Below are positions 12,422 through 25,865 of a stretch of 64,000 bases of DNA, piece by piece. A program made the translations under genes and the position numbers. The first letter of the stretch is position 1. Each line of letters begins with the position of its first letter. Origin of the DNA: Fistulifera solaris (taxonomy: Eukaryota); assembly GCA_030295235.1 (NCBI GenBank), contig AP026157.1, forward strand, positions 186,001-250,000, written 5' to 3'. The notes under the pieces were generated by a model. That model did not search any database and was not told the DNA's origin. It saw nothing but the letters and a program-made list of their open reading frames with translations.

Positions 12422-14631
12422 TCAAATTGCCACCTCGGCTTCTTCAACAATTTCTGCTAATTCCATCCATCGAAGCTCCTTCTCGTCCAACTCAGCTTGC
12501 ATCTTGTTGAGTTTTTCTGTCATGTCTGCTAATGCGGACCATCCTTGATCCGCGCCATTGTCGATTTCAGCTTGCTGCTTTTCTATTTGGGAACGAAGCT
12601 TATCCATAGACTTTTCCAAGTTGTCCATTTCCTTCTTAGACTGTCGAATTGCGTTTCGTTGTTCGTTTCGTTTCACCTTGTCTTCCTTATAGTTTGTCTT
12701 TCGCTCTTCACTAACACGAGTCGGCGTCTCGTTTTCCATGTCAAGCAACGTTGTTGCATATTCCGATAGTTTACCCTCGAAATCAATCACTTCTCCGTCA
12801 CCCTGAAAAACGAACAAATGATCCGTAACTTTGTCGGCGAACAAGCGATCATGACTGACAACGACAAGCACACCTTTGTATTCTTCTTGCAAGTATGTTT
12901 CCATGGCCTGTAAAGTATCAAGGTCACAGTCGACGCTGGGTTCATCGAGTACCAAAAAGTTGGGCCGCTGACTTAAAACGGATAAAAGCTGTAGCCGACG
13001 TTTTTCACCTCCACTCAAAACCGATAATCGATCGGACCATCTGGTCCTCGGAAATTCAAATTTTCGCAGTAAGCGCCGAGCTTCGTCAGTGGACACGCCC
13101 TCTGAATTATCCGCCATTTGCACGCGTTCCACCACAAACTCTAACACCGTTTGTTCCGGATCATCGACGGTCAAGCCCAGCTGATCATACACACCCATGA
13201 CGATCGTTTCGCCTACATCTACAGATCCCGAGTCTGGCTTTTGTTGACCTGTCATAATCCTCACAAATGTCTACAATAACAAAGCGTCAGCTTAACGAAG
13301 ATATCGTGCAGTACGGCCTAACGCTAACGAAGACTCACCGTTTTTCCAACTCCGTTACTTCCCGCAAGGCAGATTCGATCCCCAGGCAAAAAGTCATAGC
13401 TAAAATTCTTCAAAACAACTTTTTCTGAAAAAGCCAAGCTGACATCTTTCATCGACAAAATCTCAGTTCCCAAGCGACGAACGCTTCGTTTCAAAAGCAA
13501 GTTAGCATCCCCTAATGAAAAAACACAACACTGTTAGTTTTGCCAGTCGAAAAATGCTGTAAGAATAGTGCGTCTTAAAGAACTTACGAGGCCTTGGCTT
13601 GGTACTTTTCTCCAGCTTGTAGAATGCATCAATCCGAGTCTTCGACTTGGTCTGTCGCGCCTGCGGTTGCCGCCGCATCCAATCAAGCTCTACTCGATAT
13701 TTTGCTTTAGCACTTTGTATGGCAGCGTCATCTCTTGCCAATCTTTCTTCTTTCGCGGTAAGATAGTCGGCATACTTTCCCACGTACTCGTAAAGCTTTC
13801 CTTGATCGAGCTCTAATATTCGATCACAAACTTGATCCAGAAAGACCCGATCGTGCGTCACCATCAATATGGTCAGTGCCGGGTCGGCCAATAACTCCTC
13901 GAGCCATTGTACACCCGCTAAAGAGAGAAAGTTGGTCGGTTCATCCAGTAACAGCACATCGGGCTCTTGAACGAGCGCCGCTGCCAGCGCCACACGTTTT
14001 CGTTCTCCACCCGATAGTTGCGAAAGCGGCTTCTCTTGCAAATGACGCACCCGCAATCGTGTCGCAACTTCTTCCGCCTTGGTTAACACGGCCCATCCCT
14101 GTTGTCGATCCATATCGGCTGTCACGGCCGCAAACGCCTCCGGATGTTCGGCCGCTGCGGTGGATGCTTGAATGTACCGACGCACCGTTCCGTATACCGA
14201 AGTATCTTGTTGTTGATTAACTGTGTTCTTATCTAAGATCCCTAACAAAGCATCGGCTACCGTAATATCACTCGGCATCAGCGGTTCTTGCTCGACCATG
14301 GCCACGCGCACTGTTTTCAAGGACGTCACTTGCCCCGAATACGAAAAGGATACTTTTCACCACCCGTCTTTTCGGCCAAAATTTTTAAAAGAGTCGACTT
14401 TCCCGCCCCGTTTCGTCCCACTAAGCACACTTTCGCTCCTCGAGGTAAATGGTAGGACACATCATTCACCTGAAAGGTATTTCCTCCATCATGACTGCAG
14501 GTCAAACGATCCAAAGAAAGAACGGGAGGTGCTGCCTCCAGTAACGTCAATCGTCGTGATAAAGAGACGGGTAATTGAAACGAAAGAGATCTCGCGAATA
14601 GGAATCCGACGATGATACTGGTGGTTCTCAT
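12422..14631 (-). CDS. ABC-F family ATPase (Uup-like), probably plastid-targeted; introns 13512-13587 and 13271-13338
   Basis: Two nucleotide-binding domains (GRNGAGKST / LSGGERKR / LLLDEPTN and GSNGVGKTT / LSGGEKRR / LVLDEPS), linker WMRRQPQARQTKSKTRI, C-terminal coiled coil ending ELRWMEL, no TM domain. N-terminus MRTTSIIVGFLFARSLS-F. One frameshift near 14344-14357. Confidence 0.9.
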
Positions 14632-15073
14632 GGTGATGTTGTTATTTGGGCATCTCTCTCGTCGCGTGCTGTTGGTCGATCGATTCATTCATTCAGTTTT
14701 CCGTTTTACGCTTTCGGGCGGTTTTGGCGTTTGCGTCAGACTTCAGACGACGGACGGTCGACAATAGATCACGATCACAGCAGAACCCAGCGGGTACCGG
14801 TACGATCTTTTAAATGCACTTTCGAATGGAGAGACGGCTCGCATTCTTGAGATGGGCCCAAAGATACGCGGAAATATTTATCGCGCATATGTTCTTCATC
14901 GCCAACGACGAAACACGAAACGCAATAAGAGCAAGAAATACGGAGTAATAAAAATCTCGATGACTGCTGGCTCCAGGCCTGCTGATCGATGGCGGATTGT
15001 CAAGGTGAAAGAATAACAGAGTAACGCAACAATCTTTCTCTTCTTTAACTACCTGAACAAAGCAACGTAACGA

Positions 15074-16414
15074 ATGTGGCAATCGACGACCCGCTCGTTG
15101 TTGTTTCTAGTACTCGTGATGGCACAAACAAGTCAAGCCATTTACACCCTTCGGCAGACTTTATCGGATGATACAACTCTCGATTTAGGACGCTCCGTCG
15201 CCTTGGAAGTCGAGTCCGGATACATGGTCGTAGGGTCATTGAGTCAATTAGCTCAAATCTACAAGTATGATTCACGGCACGATGAGAAATGGAAATTGCA
15301 TCAACAACTCCAATCGGATGCGCCGACGGACGATAAGTTTGGATGGTCCGTTGCCATCGACGGTCGCTATATGGCCATTGGAGCACCCTTTGCTCTCAAT
15401 TCACAAGGTGTGCAAAGAGGTGCCGTTTATATTTACCGAAAAAGTACTCTAAGGCACAACTGGGAGTTACAGCAGACGATTTATGGTGACGAAACGCATG
15501 GTGAAGAATTTGGCCACGCGGTGGCGATGCACAATCAACATTTGATTGTTTCGGATCGTCGGCATAATGAAATAAGTGATAGCGCTGGAAGAGCTGTAAG
15601 AGAAACCGGAACGCGCGTGTATTCAACATCAATCGTTTGTTCTCATAAATATATCGTCTCATTTGTTCCAGAGTGTGTATCGAAGAGAACGGCGGTCTCG
15701 AACCTACACATTACAAAACAATCTCGTGGCCAGCGATGCGGCTAATGGTGATCTTTATGGTTATTCTGTCTCCATTTATGGCCACTTTGCGGCGGTCGGT
15801 GCTATTGCTGATGATGACGGCGCATCGTCGACGGGAGCCGTCTACGTTTATCGCAATCAAGGAGGCAACTGGGAGTTCCTCATCAAGCTACTACCTCCCA
15901 TTCCGCAAATCCTTAAAAGTTATGGTGAATCTCTGTCGATTTACGGGACCACTATTGCGATTGGCGCTTTGCGTCACGACGGAACACAGGATAATGAGGG
16001 TGCAATTTATGTTTACGATTTAGAGGACGGGAGTTTTACCCTGACGAGTGAACTACTGGCACCCAGTCCGAGTAGCAACGATCAGCTGGGGCGATCTGTA
16101 GTAATCCGTGATCAAACGGTAGTCGCTGGGGCCTGGAAAGACGACGTTGGTAGTGTTGCAGATGCGGGCTCGTCTTATGTCTACTTGAAAAGAATGGTGT
16201 ATGGACCTTTGAAGAACAATTGCTACTGGATCCGCCGACGACGCTTGATGAATATGGCGGCTCACTTGCACTGGGCTGTGATGGAACCTTACTGGTGGGT
16301 GCTCCTAGTCGATTTAGCGAAATGGGAGCGGTTTCGATCTATCAAGATAATCGAGTTAGCTCTTTTCAGCGATGGAAGTGCACGCGTTTACGCTTGCGAA
16401 GGAATAAAGCCTAG
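15074..16414 (+). CDS. Secreted FG-GAP repeat (beta-propeller) protein; intron 15596-15671
   Basis: Signal peptide plus repeats FGWSVAIDG...IGAP, FGHAVAM, YGYSVSIYG...VGA, YGESLSIYG...IGA, LGRSVVI...AGA, YGGSLAL...VGAP. Frameshift at the A4 run 16188-16191. Confidence 0.85.
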
Positions 16415-16881
16415 AGTAACAGATCGCTGCTATGCTTATATCTATGTTACCGATCGATGTTTTTAATGAAGCCTTTTAAAGGAATGTTTGTCGTTCTTTC
16501 GATAACGCTCCAATGCTTCCCTTATTAGTTCTTAAGCTACCTTTCCAGCCCAAATTATTGACTAGATTGAACCGATCTATGCAATCAAGTACATATCAGT
16601 GTATCTATCCGACGAGTTATTCAGTCCAGTGTGTTTCATTTCTTTCTTGATAACACAAATAAAGAGGCTTTGGAATTAGACAGAATCGGCCGAGGGGGCA
16701 TAATTCTATCTATCCCGCGATCCAAAGTAACAAAGCTGGCAAAGATAGCAATATTCACTGCCCTATTTGAGCTAGAAAGACAATACAGCTACTAAGATCC
16801 GTTAGAACGCTCAATTTTATCAATTTTTGCTCTAAAAGAGACCATTTTGCCGCGAATCTCGACCTATTTCGTCCGTTACGA

Positions 16882-19800
16882 TCATTCCTCGCGATCCGGA
16901 GAGTAAGCCGGTGATGTGGGACTATACGCAGGTGATGTGGGACTATACGCAGGTGATGTGGGACTGTACGCAGGTGATGTAGGACTGTATTGGACGGAAT
17001 AAGCGGGACTCGTAGGGCTGTATGCGGGACTTGTGGCGGAATATTGAACAGAATAATTTGGGGACGTGGGAGAATAAGCCGGTGAAGTCGCGGAAAATTG
17101 CGCTGCGCTGTACGCAGGGCTCGTAGGGGAATAAGCTGGACTTGTAGGACTATATTGGACAGAATAATTTGGGCTCGTGGGGCTATATGCCGGACTTGTT
17201 GGTGAATATTGCGCGCCAGAATAATTCGGACTTGTTGCGTGGTACGCTGGTGACGAGGATGGCCCATAGGAAGACGCCGAATAAGCCGGGGAAGTGGGAG
17301 AATAAGCAGGACTTGTTGGACTGTACTGAGGGCTTGTTGCAGAGCTGCTGTAAGCGGGAGAAGTGGCGCTATAACTAGGTGATGAAGATGGGTCGCTGCC
17401 GGGAAAGTAGCTGGGTGAGAAACTGGCTCCTCCGCTCGCAGGACTAAACGCGCCATCCCCAAATGGGGTTGCGCCTCCACCATCTCCCATCATGGGACTA
17501 CGGGCAAATGGTGTAGTGGCATACGGTGTGGCTCCACCAATACCACCGGCACCAGCAACACCTAAGTCATCTTCAGCCGCAAATTCATCGACAACGACCT
17601 CGACAGCTTCGCGAACCACCTTCTCTTCATCCAAAAGCAAATCAATTTGTCCGGTACCCACTCGCGCCAATTGCCCCATCATAATGTTTTCAGTAACCCC
17701 TTTGAGAATTTCGCTTTCTGCAAAGACAGCTGCATCCATCAACATGTCAACCGTTTCTTCGAATGACGCACGCAAGAGTGGGCCACTGTCCACACGGTTA
17801 ATTCCGTGCCGATCGATTGCCATCAGGTGACCTTGCATAGTCATCACATCCACCAAGCAAGCCAAATGGCGGTAATTGACATAAGATCCATCAAACGAAA
17901 TCACATTGCGAAGTTCACTCAACAGCGCACCACGCACACCCTCGATACCAAGGGCCATGAAAACTTCCACAATGTCGTTCGAAACAGTGCGCGTAGCATC
18001 GACGTAGTCAACCCCCAGAACTGCCATTAGGTTCGTGCCGTCTGTTTCAAGAACCCACTCATCTTGCACACCAAAGCCTTTTTCATCGTTCCAAGTGCTG
18101 CGCTTCGCACCGCCACGCATGAAGACTTTCTTTACGTGATCCACTCCTCGTAGCTTGAGAGTCGAGAGCATGCTCTTTTCGAGACGCTTCAAGAATACAT
18201 CATCTTCTTGTCCGACCATACCATCATCGTCATCGTCCTCGCCTTGCGCTCCCTCTCCTGTTTGGGCATCATTCACGATGCGGACTCGCACGACCAGTAG
18301 ATCGGCATTGTCATCAGAGATTTCAACAAACAAGTCGGCACCATATTCTGCCGCTATTTGAGCCGATATTTCATTCATCTGAAGCTTCTTCACGAAGACA
18401 AGGTCCTTGTCGAGTTCCATGCGCAACACCCAGGGACTTAGACGACGCAACTCTTCCTCCGCAATGTCACTAAAAGCATAGAAATCTTTCACAAGCTCTT
18501 GATCTGCAGCAACGACAGTGTTCTTCACATCAGGATCATAATAGATTTCAGTTTTTCGGACGAGGTCACCGAGTACAGTGAACTCCAGGAGACTGACTAC
18601 GAGCTCCGCAACTTTTTCGTCTGATGATACCATTACAGGCAAGTATACAGTGAGGCCTGGAGTCTTGGGCGTCTTCGCAACATTGATGATTTCTTTCAGT
18701 CTCGGAACACCTAGTGTTACATTCTTGGCTGACACACCGGCATAGTGGAATGTGTTCAGCGTCATTTGGGTAGCAGGCTCACCAATGGATTGGGCAGCCA
18801 AGACTCCGGCCATCTCGCCTGGAGACACTTTTGCCACGAAGAATCTAGTTTCAATTTCTCCCACAACCCATTCGAGCGCGGCTTTAGTCAGACGGAACTC
18901 GCTGAGTACGCGCTTCGAGGCGAGAAGACTGCGGATCAAAATGCGGTACAGCGTCGTTGCGTTCGCTTGCGCTTCGACGGAAAGCGGATCGTCACCGACT
19001 ACAGCTACTAATCGATCCAGTAGCGATGACACCGTTTCAACAACTTGCTTGGGGTGTAAGTCGCTGGGTTTGCTGCGATCTAATCTGAATTGTCGAATGG
19101 CATTGTTGATCACACGCAACACATTGCCTGGAGCATAAGATGTTGGATCGGATTCACGATTGGGCTCGCGATATTTCATGATAATGCGAAGTGTAGCTTG
19201 ATCATCTCGAATAGTTTCAAGCTCTTTGTCCAATAATATCTGCACTTCAGGCTCACGGCGACAGTCCTCTAGCACCTCAGATTCAAGAAAAGGTAATCCT
19301 TGTTCGTCAAGACCGAAGTCGGGATTGGTAGTGTCCATCCGATAACGAGCTTCGAGTTCAGCCTTATTTAGCGTCAACGAATCGAATTTTTGCTTCTCAA
19401 TCCAGCATGCGTCCATCCCGTCTTCACCATATAGAAATTGAACAATTTGCCCTGAGGATGTTCGTAGTGTTCCGTCGTACCTAGCCATGACAGTCTCCAT
19501 AGCTTTCACAAGTCGCCGCTGAATATAACCTGTCTCGGCAGTTTTACAGGCCGTATCAATAAGACCTTCTCGTCCACCCATCGCATGAAAGAAAAATTCT
19601 TGGGGAGACAATCCACGCAGATACGAGTTCTCGACAAAACCACGTGACTCGCTACCAATGTCGTCTTTCGAAAAATGGGGTAAACTCCGCTTTTTGAAAC
19701 CGTAAGGTATGCGTTTTCCTTCGACGTTTTGCTGTCCTACACAGGCAATGATCTGGGAAATATTGATGAAGCTACCCTTTGAACCGGCTTGGACCATGGC

Positions 19801-22176
19801 TTTGACTGAATTTGTCTCATCCAATGAAGATTGAGCTGACTTTCCGGCGTGGTCACGTGCCGTGTTCAAAACTTTGTTGACTAGCTGCTCAAACGATTCA
19901 ATCATGGTACGCCCCGGTTGTACTTCGAGCTCGCCTAGCTGGCCTTGTCTTACCAAGTCTTGAACTTGCTTCTTTGCTTTGTCAATCGTGCTTTCGATTT
20001 GTCGCATAGTAGCTTCATCTGACACAGCATCGATTGCACCAATTGAGAAAGAGTACTGCAAGATCCAGTAATTAACCAGCTGCTGGACCTGATTCATAAA
20101 CATGGCAGTGGCATCATGACCTTGATCCAACCAAATCGTATGAATTAAACCTCCCATACTCTTGCCAATCGTATTCTTATCGATGATGCCTTGCAATAGT
20201 TCCCCTTCAATTATAGTCACTTGACTGTCGTACATATTGAACGTATTAGGCATCGTTTTGCCCGACGCATCCTTACCAGGACCGGTGTTGGCTTTGGCTT
20301 GCAAGTGAATGGGCGGCAAGATTTGGCTGATGAGCTGCTTTCCGGTCCACAACGGTTTGGGTTTTAAGATTGCTGGCATCGGAACTTTGCCGTTCCATTG
20401 CTTCACCCACATCAACAAATTGAAACAAAGGTCCTTTTCAATAAAGACGCTTCGTTTACTCATCTTTTGAACTGCCAACAACGAATCTTGCACAATGCCC
20501 ATCACAGGACGGTTGGATTGGCCACTCACCACCACTCGTGGACTCAGCATCATGAATTCGGCCTCCGCTCGCGCCGTCAAACTCTGAGGAACGTGCAAGT
20601 TCATCTCGTCGCCGTCAAAGTCAGCATTGTAGGGCGACGTACAACTCAAGTTCAAACGGAACGTACTCCAGTCTAGCACCTTGGCGCGGTGCCCCATGAT
20701 ACTCATTTTGTGCAACGAAGGCTGTCGATTGAACAAAACCACATCGTCATCTTTCAAATGACGTTCCACAATCCATCCATGAGACAAGAGCAACTCGCTT
20801 TTATTCTTCACGTAACGTAGATCAATGCGTGTGCCATCACTGCGAATGATATGCTTCGCACCCGGGTGTTGCGTTGGACCATTCGCTACGGCTTGACTGA
20901 GTTCATGCATGTTAAAAGCGGTGACTCTGACCGGCACCGTCAAATTCATGGCGACACTTCGAGGAACACCAACTTGCTGAATACCCAAGTTAGGATCCGC
21001 AGTAATGACAGTACGGGCAGAGAAATCCACGCGCTTCCCCATCAAGTTTCCACGGATGCGGCCTTCCTTCCCTTTCAAGCGCTGCGCAATCGTTTTCAAG
21101 GGACGTCCACTGCGCTGGGTAATTTGCGGGAGTCCACGGATCTCGTTGTTCATAAAAGCCGCAACATTGTGCTGCAATGCCAACTCGAACTGTTCCTTGA
21201 CGATATCAGGTTCTCCGCTCTCATGAGCCTGCTTTAGACTCAAATTGGACTTGACGACATTGACAATCTGATGCGTCAAGTCGTCTTCCGAGGCCGTCCC
21301 ACCCGCCACGACACTGGGACGAACGTGCAAGGGCGGAACCGGCAAGACTTGGACCAAGAGCCAATCGGGACGCGCGTGCTGTGGATGCAATCCCAGCGTG
21401 GGGATATCCTGCTCGCGAATCTGCTTCAAGATTTTGACAGCCGTCTCGCCACTCAAGTACTGCTTCGAGTCTCCCCCGATGCCTTGCAAAGCATCTACCG
21501 GAATTTCTGTCGTGATATGAAGATCCGTCTTGGTGTACTTGGGCAAGGGCGCCTGACAGTGATCACATTTCTTCTTGTTGCGCAAAAGCTCTGCCAAGGC
21601 ATCCAGTCGACGCTTTTTGTTGTTGATCTGCACACTTTTCTGGTACTTGAAGTCATCTTCCGCAATGCGAATACGGCTGCACTTGTGACAGATGCAACGG
21701 AGCACTTTAAGGGTTCGATCAATGAAACCTTGGTGATAGACAGGGCGAGCTAACTCAATGTGCCCGAAATAACCAGGGTCCGACTTGTCATGCAACGAAC
21801 CCAACCGCGGGTCATTTGCACCACCGTAAACAGGCTGACCTTGAATTGTCGTTTCGTAACGCGTCACACCAGCAGGGACTTTACGACCGTTGATCGTGAC
21901 CGCCTGAGTGACACTGTATTCTTTCTGTTGCATGACAAGATAACGAATACAGGTCAGAAAGAGTAAGAAAAGATACTGATCGACATGCTCTATCACACTT
22001 CGCAACAGTAAGCCTCAACGACATTTATCGCACTCCCAACGCACCAATTCAAGAGGATTAACAATTCCAAACTGCATTTTGACGATACGACGCAAGCGAA
22101 CACGGCTGTAACCAAAGTTTTCCGAGTTTTGCGTTAGCGTGGTTGCACCTGCTTGACGAGCTGCTGCGGACGACAT
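16882..22176 (-). CDS. RPB1: RNA polymerase II largest subunit; intron 21925-22044
   Basis: Catalytic NADFDGD, GRIRGNLMGKRVDFSAR, FFFHAMGGREGLIDTA, EPATQMTLNTFH and YSPTSPA CTD. Exon 1 from ATG 22176 encodes MSSAAARQ...VKMQFGIVNPLEL. Confidence 0.98.
16885..17385 (-). repeat. RPB1 CTD heptad repeats (21-bp units with spacers)
   Basis: About 16 YSPTSPA/N-type heptads in the translation; terminal units are nearly identical at DNA level (gcaggtgatgtgggactatac). Confidence 0.95.
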
Positions 22177-24389
22177 TTTGTTCTGTTTTTTCTTTTTCTT
22201 TTTTAATCAACGGGAATATGCGTTCCTTATCAGCTTCAACAAGTAAAGGCAAGTCGTATGGTAATCGCTTCAAGTTCAAATGCTTTTTATGCTGTACACG
22301 TTATCAACAGGGCGTAGGGCTGCATGCTGCATCGTTTTCAGCCGCGCAGCAAAATTTGAAAGAGGTGGTACGAAGGACGAAGGACAAACAATTTTCGCAA
22401 AAGAGAAAAGAGGTGCGAGGAGCGACGAAAGGACGAAGTTTTCGCTAGAAAGGGAAACACGGGAGAAAGGAGTGTGTTGTGAAAAGGTACAGGCGGCATC
22501 ATGCAATCCAATCCAATTTCAAACTTACAACAACAGCAATGAACAAAACGGTGAAAGATTAATCGAACTAAATAGTTACGGGGTCATTCAATGATGGGTG
22601 ATGTGGCTAAAAGCTGGCGGGACTGCATCAGAGGTCAGTCGAATGTCACAGCGTGTTACCACAACACGGTCTCTCCTATAGTGAACGCAAGAAGGAAAAA
22701 GGGACTCTCTCGGGCCTTTTCTCGTTCAATTTTCAATTTTTCACAATGGTACCGCGTGGTACTCGAAGGTATCCTCAACGTTGTCCCTACCTCGAGACTA
22801 GCCAAGGGAGAGAAATATACCGCGGGGTCCACCGCGGGAGTGTAGGCATACCTGTAACAAAAATGCAGATCTAGCGATTACAATCCCTTGTAAACCAAGC
22901 TCGACGATCCAGTAAATCCAGATCCAGGGTTTCCCTCGAGGAATTGGCCAGCAGATAGGGATCAAGTTCGAAAATTGTGTCTGATCCAAGGTCATATTGT
23001 CCCTGAATGAATCTCAGATGCTAGTGCCGTAAGCTCCGAGAGTTTAGGGCCCGCTTCTGAATATGGAAATCCTGGTAAGCCATAGCTGCCGGGGAATGTC
23101 GACCAAAGCCATCGCGATTTTACTGCTTCAAATGCTGATGGTTCGTTTTGAAGATGCTGCAAAAAGAAGCAATGTTGGTGGTCGAGTAAGAGTGACGGAA
23201 AGCCGTCTCGTCAGGTATTGTGCCAGTTGATACCTCCCTGAGAGGTGATACCCCTGGTAAATCGAAGGTCGTGGAAAAGACGTGGAAGTGCGTCTAACGG
23301 CAATGGAAGGAAGGCGACTAGCTATGTTCCCAAAGCCGGAAGTGTGCCATGGAAATCCAACACATATTCGAAATTCGTTACAGCACTCTCAAATGCGTCG
23401 CGCATCCGGGATTCGGGACACTGTACGGAGAGTAAAACGACCAAATCATCTACATGACAATATAATCAAAACTTGAAACAGAAAATCATCCGCGACTTAA
23501 AATGATTTTCATATATTTAGCTGACAATCCTACGGGATTTTTTTTTGTGAATCATTGACAATTTAACGATACGAAGTCAACGATTCCCGTCCGCGATCTA
23601 CTGTTTCATCTTGATGCTTTGGAGTAGAGTTTTGAAAAGCTCTTAATACTGTTATAAGGAGAGTAAAATTGTTACAACAGGGTCCGCGGACAACCGTTCA
23701 CATTACAATGGAGTGAATCAAATTCCGTATGCAAAGAACGCGTTTCCAAAAGCTAGCCTAGGTAAGTGAAATGGTGAGGTACCGCTTTGAAAGATATAAG
23801 CATTAAAGTAAACTTTGGCTTTTACCATCAGCAGCGAATGCTTCGTGACACAAATTGAAATTCGAACGGTATCATTATTTGCTTGCGAAAACGGTTTTAT
23901 GGAGTACTTCTTATCCCAGAAAGTCCTGTTTAAAATCCTTTCTGATGAATTCTAGCCATAAACGTCTGTAAACGAGTTTGCGTTATGCTTGGCTCTGTCA
24001 CCTGTAAATACAATTGTATAACGATTGAGCTAATCAGTCTAGCCAGAGTCATGAACGATCAACGATTCACGATTGCATTGGGAAAACATTATAAAAACAG
24101 ACATCTAGCAAGTACCCTTTTTCAACAATCAAGCGTTAATGACAAGTAAATACATTTTCAATATCAATTAATTACTGTCAAATGGATCAAACAAAAGCTG
24201 GTGACATAAAGATCCATCATCTACTGGCAATATTTTGTTATAGCACTGTCCTGTTTCATTTTACAACAAAAACAATTACAGGGCGTTAGAGCAATGAAGT
24301 TGTTGGTAAGGCAATATAATGTTGTCATGATCATGTCGTCATCGGCTAGTCAGGGTTGGGGATGCTTTAATTGCTAAAGTCTTCTTTTG

Positions 24390-24596
24390 AGCAAGATGTT
24401 GCTCATCCTTCTATAGACCAGTAGAGTTGGTCGTTATTCATATGTTATATTGAGTTAAATAGCTAACTTCATGGTCCTGCAGTTAGGGCAATGAATAAGT
24501 GGGTTAAGCAAGAAAATGATTTATGATCAGGCCGTAGTCGTCTCATGAACAAGCTGTTGCCCAGCCTTCTGTGGACGAGTGGAGTTGGTCGTTATT
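24390..24596. repeat. Diverged direct repeat (~50-bp cores, ~158-bp period)
   Basis: caagatgttgctcatccttctatagaccagtagagttggtcgttatt (about 24392-24438) versus caagctgttgcccagccttctgtggacgagtggagttggtcgttatt (about 24550-24596). Confidence 0.75.
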
Positions 24597-25230
24597 GTCT
24601 TAGCGCTTCTGATATACGCGAATTCATAGTCGAAAATAAGCCACCGCTGAGTCAATTGCATTGTGATAGCCGAGCATAGTGATGGAAGATTGTGCGATTT
24701 GCCTAGCAAAAGAAACGGTTACCCTGATGCTGAACGTTAAACGGGGAATTTCAACGAAATTCCTTACTCGTCATAAAAACAAGAATGAAGAAACGATGTG
24801 CTTATGTTCATATATAGGCTTAAGAAGAGTTAAGTTAATCTACATGTTTTAGTGAAACGTTTATATCAATCATAGAGTGGTTGGGCAATGATCAAGTGGT
24901 CTGTCAATGTACTTGCAGAATCAGTTTCGTTCCCGACCATGGCCGGCTAGTACGGGTGATTAGTCTTAATTTCTCAATGTCCGAATCACTGTTTGGCATC
25001 TTTTGTTTCAAAGATTTCGATTCCGATCTGGCACTTTGCCGAGCAAGTTCTGAAGCTGGAAAGTTTAGAATCCGATTCCAATGAGGGGTTAACTGTCTTG
25101 GCATTCCTTGATTTCGATTGCAACGAAGCATACTGACCTTACCGACCGGACCAGAGAAAAAACTCATGCGCTCTCTGAATGAGCCCACAAATCTCTGAGT
25201 ATGGCTTGTTCTACTTTCACTGAAGTTTCC

Positions 25231-25598
25231 TTGTTTCGATGCTGAAATAGCTTGCTGTCCCATTGTTCGGTGAACGAAGAATTTTGCAATCGTGTTTTAA
25301 TAATGATTTTTCATAGCTTCGTGCTGATTGTTGTCCTGGTTTGATTACGGATTTAAGTACCGGTACCTGTAGTGAGGGTCGATTGTGGCAATTGATGCGT
25401 ACCGTGCAAATCAAGTTGTCTCGATGCTGAAATAGCTTGCTTTCCCATTCTTCCGTGAACGAAGAATTTTGCATTGTGTTCCAATAATGATGCTTCATAG
25501 CTTTGTGCTGATTGTTGTCCTGGTTTGATAACGGATTAAGTACCGGTACCTGTAGTGAGGGTCGATTGTGAAAATTGATGCCTACCGTGCAAATCAAA
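25231..25598. repeat. Tandem duplication of a ~185-bp unit
   Basis: 25231-25415 and 25416-~25598 align end to end with scattered substitutions (tcgatgctgaaatagcttgct ... taagtaccggtacctgtagtgagggtcgattgtg ... taccgtgcaaatcaa). Confidence 0.92.
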
Positions 25599-25865
25599 GT
25601 GGGTCATAGTTGCTGATCATACGAAAAGTTTGGCTAATGGGAGGCTTTGTATTGTTGCGGTTTGGAGAGTCAGTTTTTTCTCCAGGTATAATCAAAGTGG
25701 TGTCAAAATGCATCCGCATTTTTAGGAAAATGAGGAAATTTAAGTCTAAATGTTGATGTTTTGTTAAGTGGGTTATAGTTGCTGATCATACGAAAAGTTT
25801 GGCTCATGGGAGGCTTTGTATTGTTGCGGGTTTGGAGAGTCAGTTTTTCTCCAGGTATGATAAAA
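25597..25865. repeat. Direct repeat of ~95 bp with ~170-bp period
   Basis: aagtgggt(c/t)atagttgctgatcatacgaaaagtttggct(a/c)atgggaggctttgtattgttgcgg...ctccaggtat at ~25597-25692 and ~25767-25862. Confidence 0.92.

Noticed and set aside
23330..23465. LYCHVDDLVVLL on the - strand resembling a reverse-transcriptase YxDD motif
   Set aside because: Short stop-bounded frame with no other RT, RNase H or integrase motifs or LTRs; may be chance.
25231..25865. CRISPR array
   Set aside because: Units are 95-185 bp with only two copies each, no unique spacers, no cas genes, eukaryotic context.
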